DNA from: a virus
Lineage: Duplodnaviria; Caudoviricetes
Reading direction: 5' to 3' (one strand)
IMG/VR virus record: IMGVR_UViG_3300047274_000323
Location: 1-27,049 of that record
DNA: 27,049 nucleotides
Each line of letters begins with the position of its first letter. Position 1 is the stretch's first letter. The notes beneath the pieces were generated by a model. The model was not told where the DNA came from. It worked only from the letters and a program-made list of their open reading frames with translations, and did no database searches. Shown here one piece after another: positions 26,544 to 27,049 of the stretch. Both the position numbers and the translations under genes were made by a program.

Positions 26544-27049
26544 ATGACTGCAACTGCCAGTTACAACGACGCTACTAATGTGCTAACGATATCAGCAGAT
26601 GGTCTTCCATCTCCTGTATCTTATGGCACATTTCCGAATCAGTTTAATCCAAATTCGGTAACCGAGCAAGATTTTGACCACGATTTCTTGTATCGTGGTG
26701 GCACGTTTGGAATTACCAGGACATTTGATGATAACACTTGGTCTCAAGTCGGTTTCATTAGAAGCATTAATATATCGTTATCGGATAACGCACTGTTTGG
26801 CAACACTTCGTCAATCAGACCTGGTGACCATTTGATGTTTGTATTTAGTGACGGCATCAAGAGAAAATTCCTCTATAAGGGCACTACATTTACGTCTATT
26901 GCAGGTGAATGTTGGTTAGCAACAGATGATAGATTGGACTTGATTATGTCAAGTCAAGAAACATCTACTGGCACATACACATACTATGACCAAAGAAATG
27001 GAAGATTAGAAACTCCCCTCGGCGCTATTGGAATTGCTGCTAATGGTGT
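26544..27049 (+). CDS. YHYH-domain virion-associated protein, 3'-truncated by the window edge
   Basis: Manual translation is open to the end of the window: MTATASYNDATNVLTISADGLPSPVSYGTFPNQFNPNSVTEQ...TPLGAIGIAANG. The 'ISADGLP...GTFP...NPN' and 'GAIGIAANG' segments match the N-terminal half of YHYH domains. Confidence 0.75.
   Translation, partial: MTATASYNDATNVLTISADGLPSPVSYGTFPNQFNPNSVTEQDFDHDFLYRGGTFGITRTFDDNTWSQVGFIRSINISLSDNALFGNTSSIRPGDHLMFVFSDGIKRKFLYKGTTFTSIAGECWLATDDRLDLIMSSQETSTGTYTYYDQRNGRLETPLGAIGIAANG

Noticed and set aside
1-27049. tRNA, rRNA or intrinsic terminators
   Set aside because: Intergenic gaps are under 60 nt, and no cloverleaf or strong hairpin plus U-tract was seen.

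Overview
A late (virion structural) module from a T4-like myovirus, most consistent with a cyanomyovirus (Kyanoviridae-like; inferred from gene order and protein style). All credible genes are on the + strand. In order: a 5'-truncated Cys-rich structural protein, an enlarged gp5.4/PAAR spike-tip protein, three small genes (including a 48-aa basic peptide missed by the ORF track), baseplate wedge gp25, gp6, a 6721-aa gp7-like wedge protein and the start of a YHYH-domain protein. T4-type late promoters (TAAATA core) and one sigma70-like promoter are visible. The most striking signal is in the giant gp7: about seven alpha-helical repeats resembling phycobiliprotein (globin-fold) subunits, with Cys in positions like the bilin attachment sites (C-x-R-D) and an apparently nested arrangement. 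All family assignments are by-eye motif recognition; no database searches were run.
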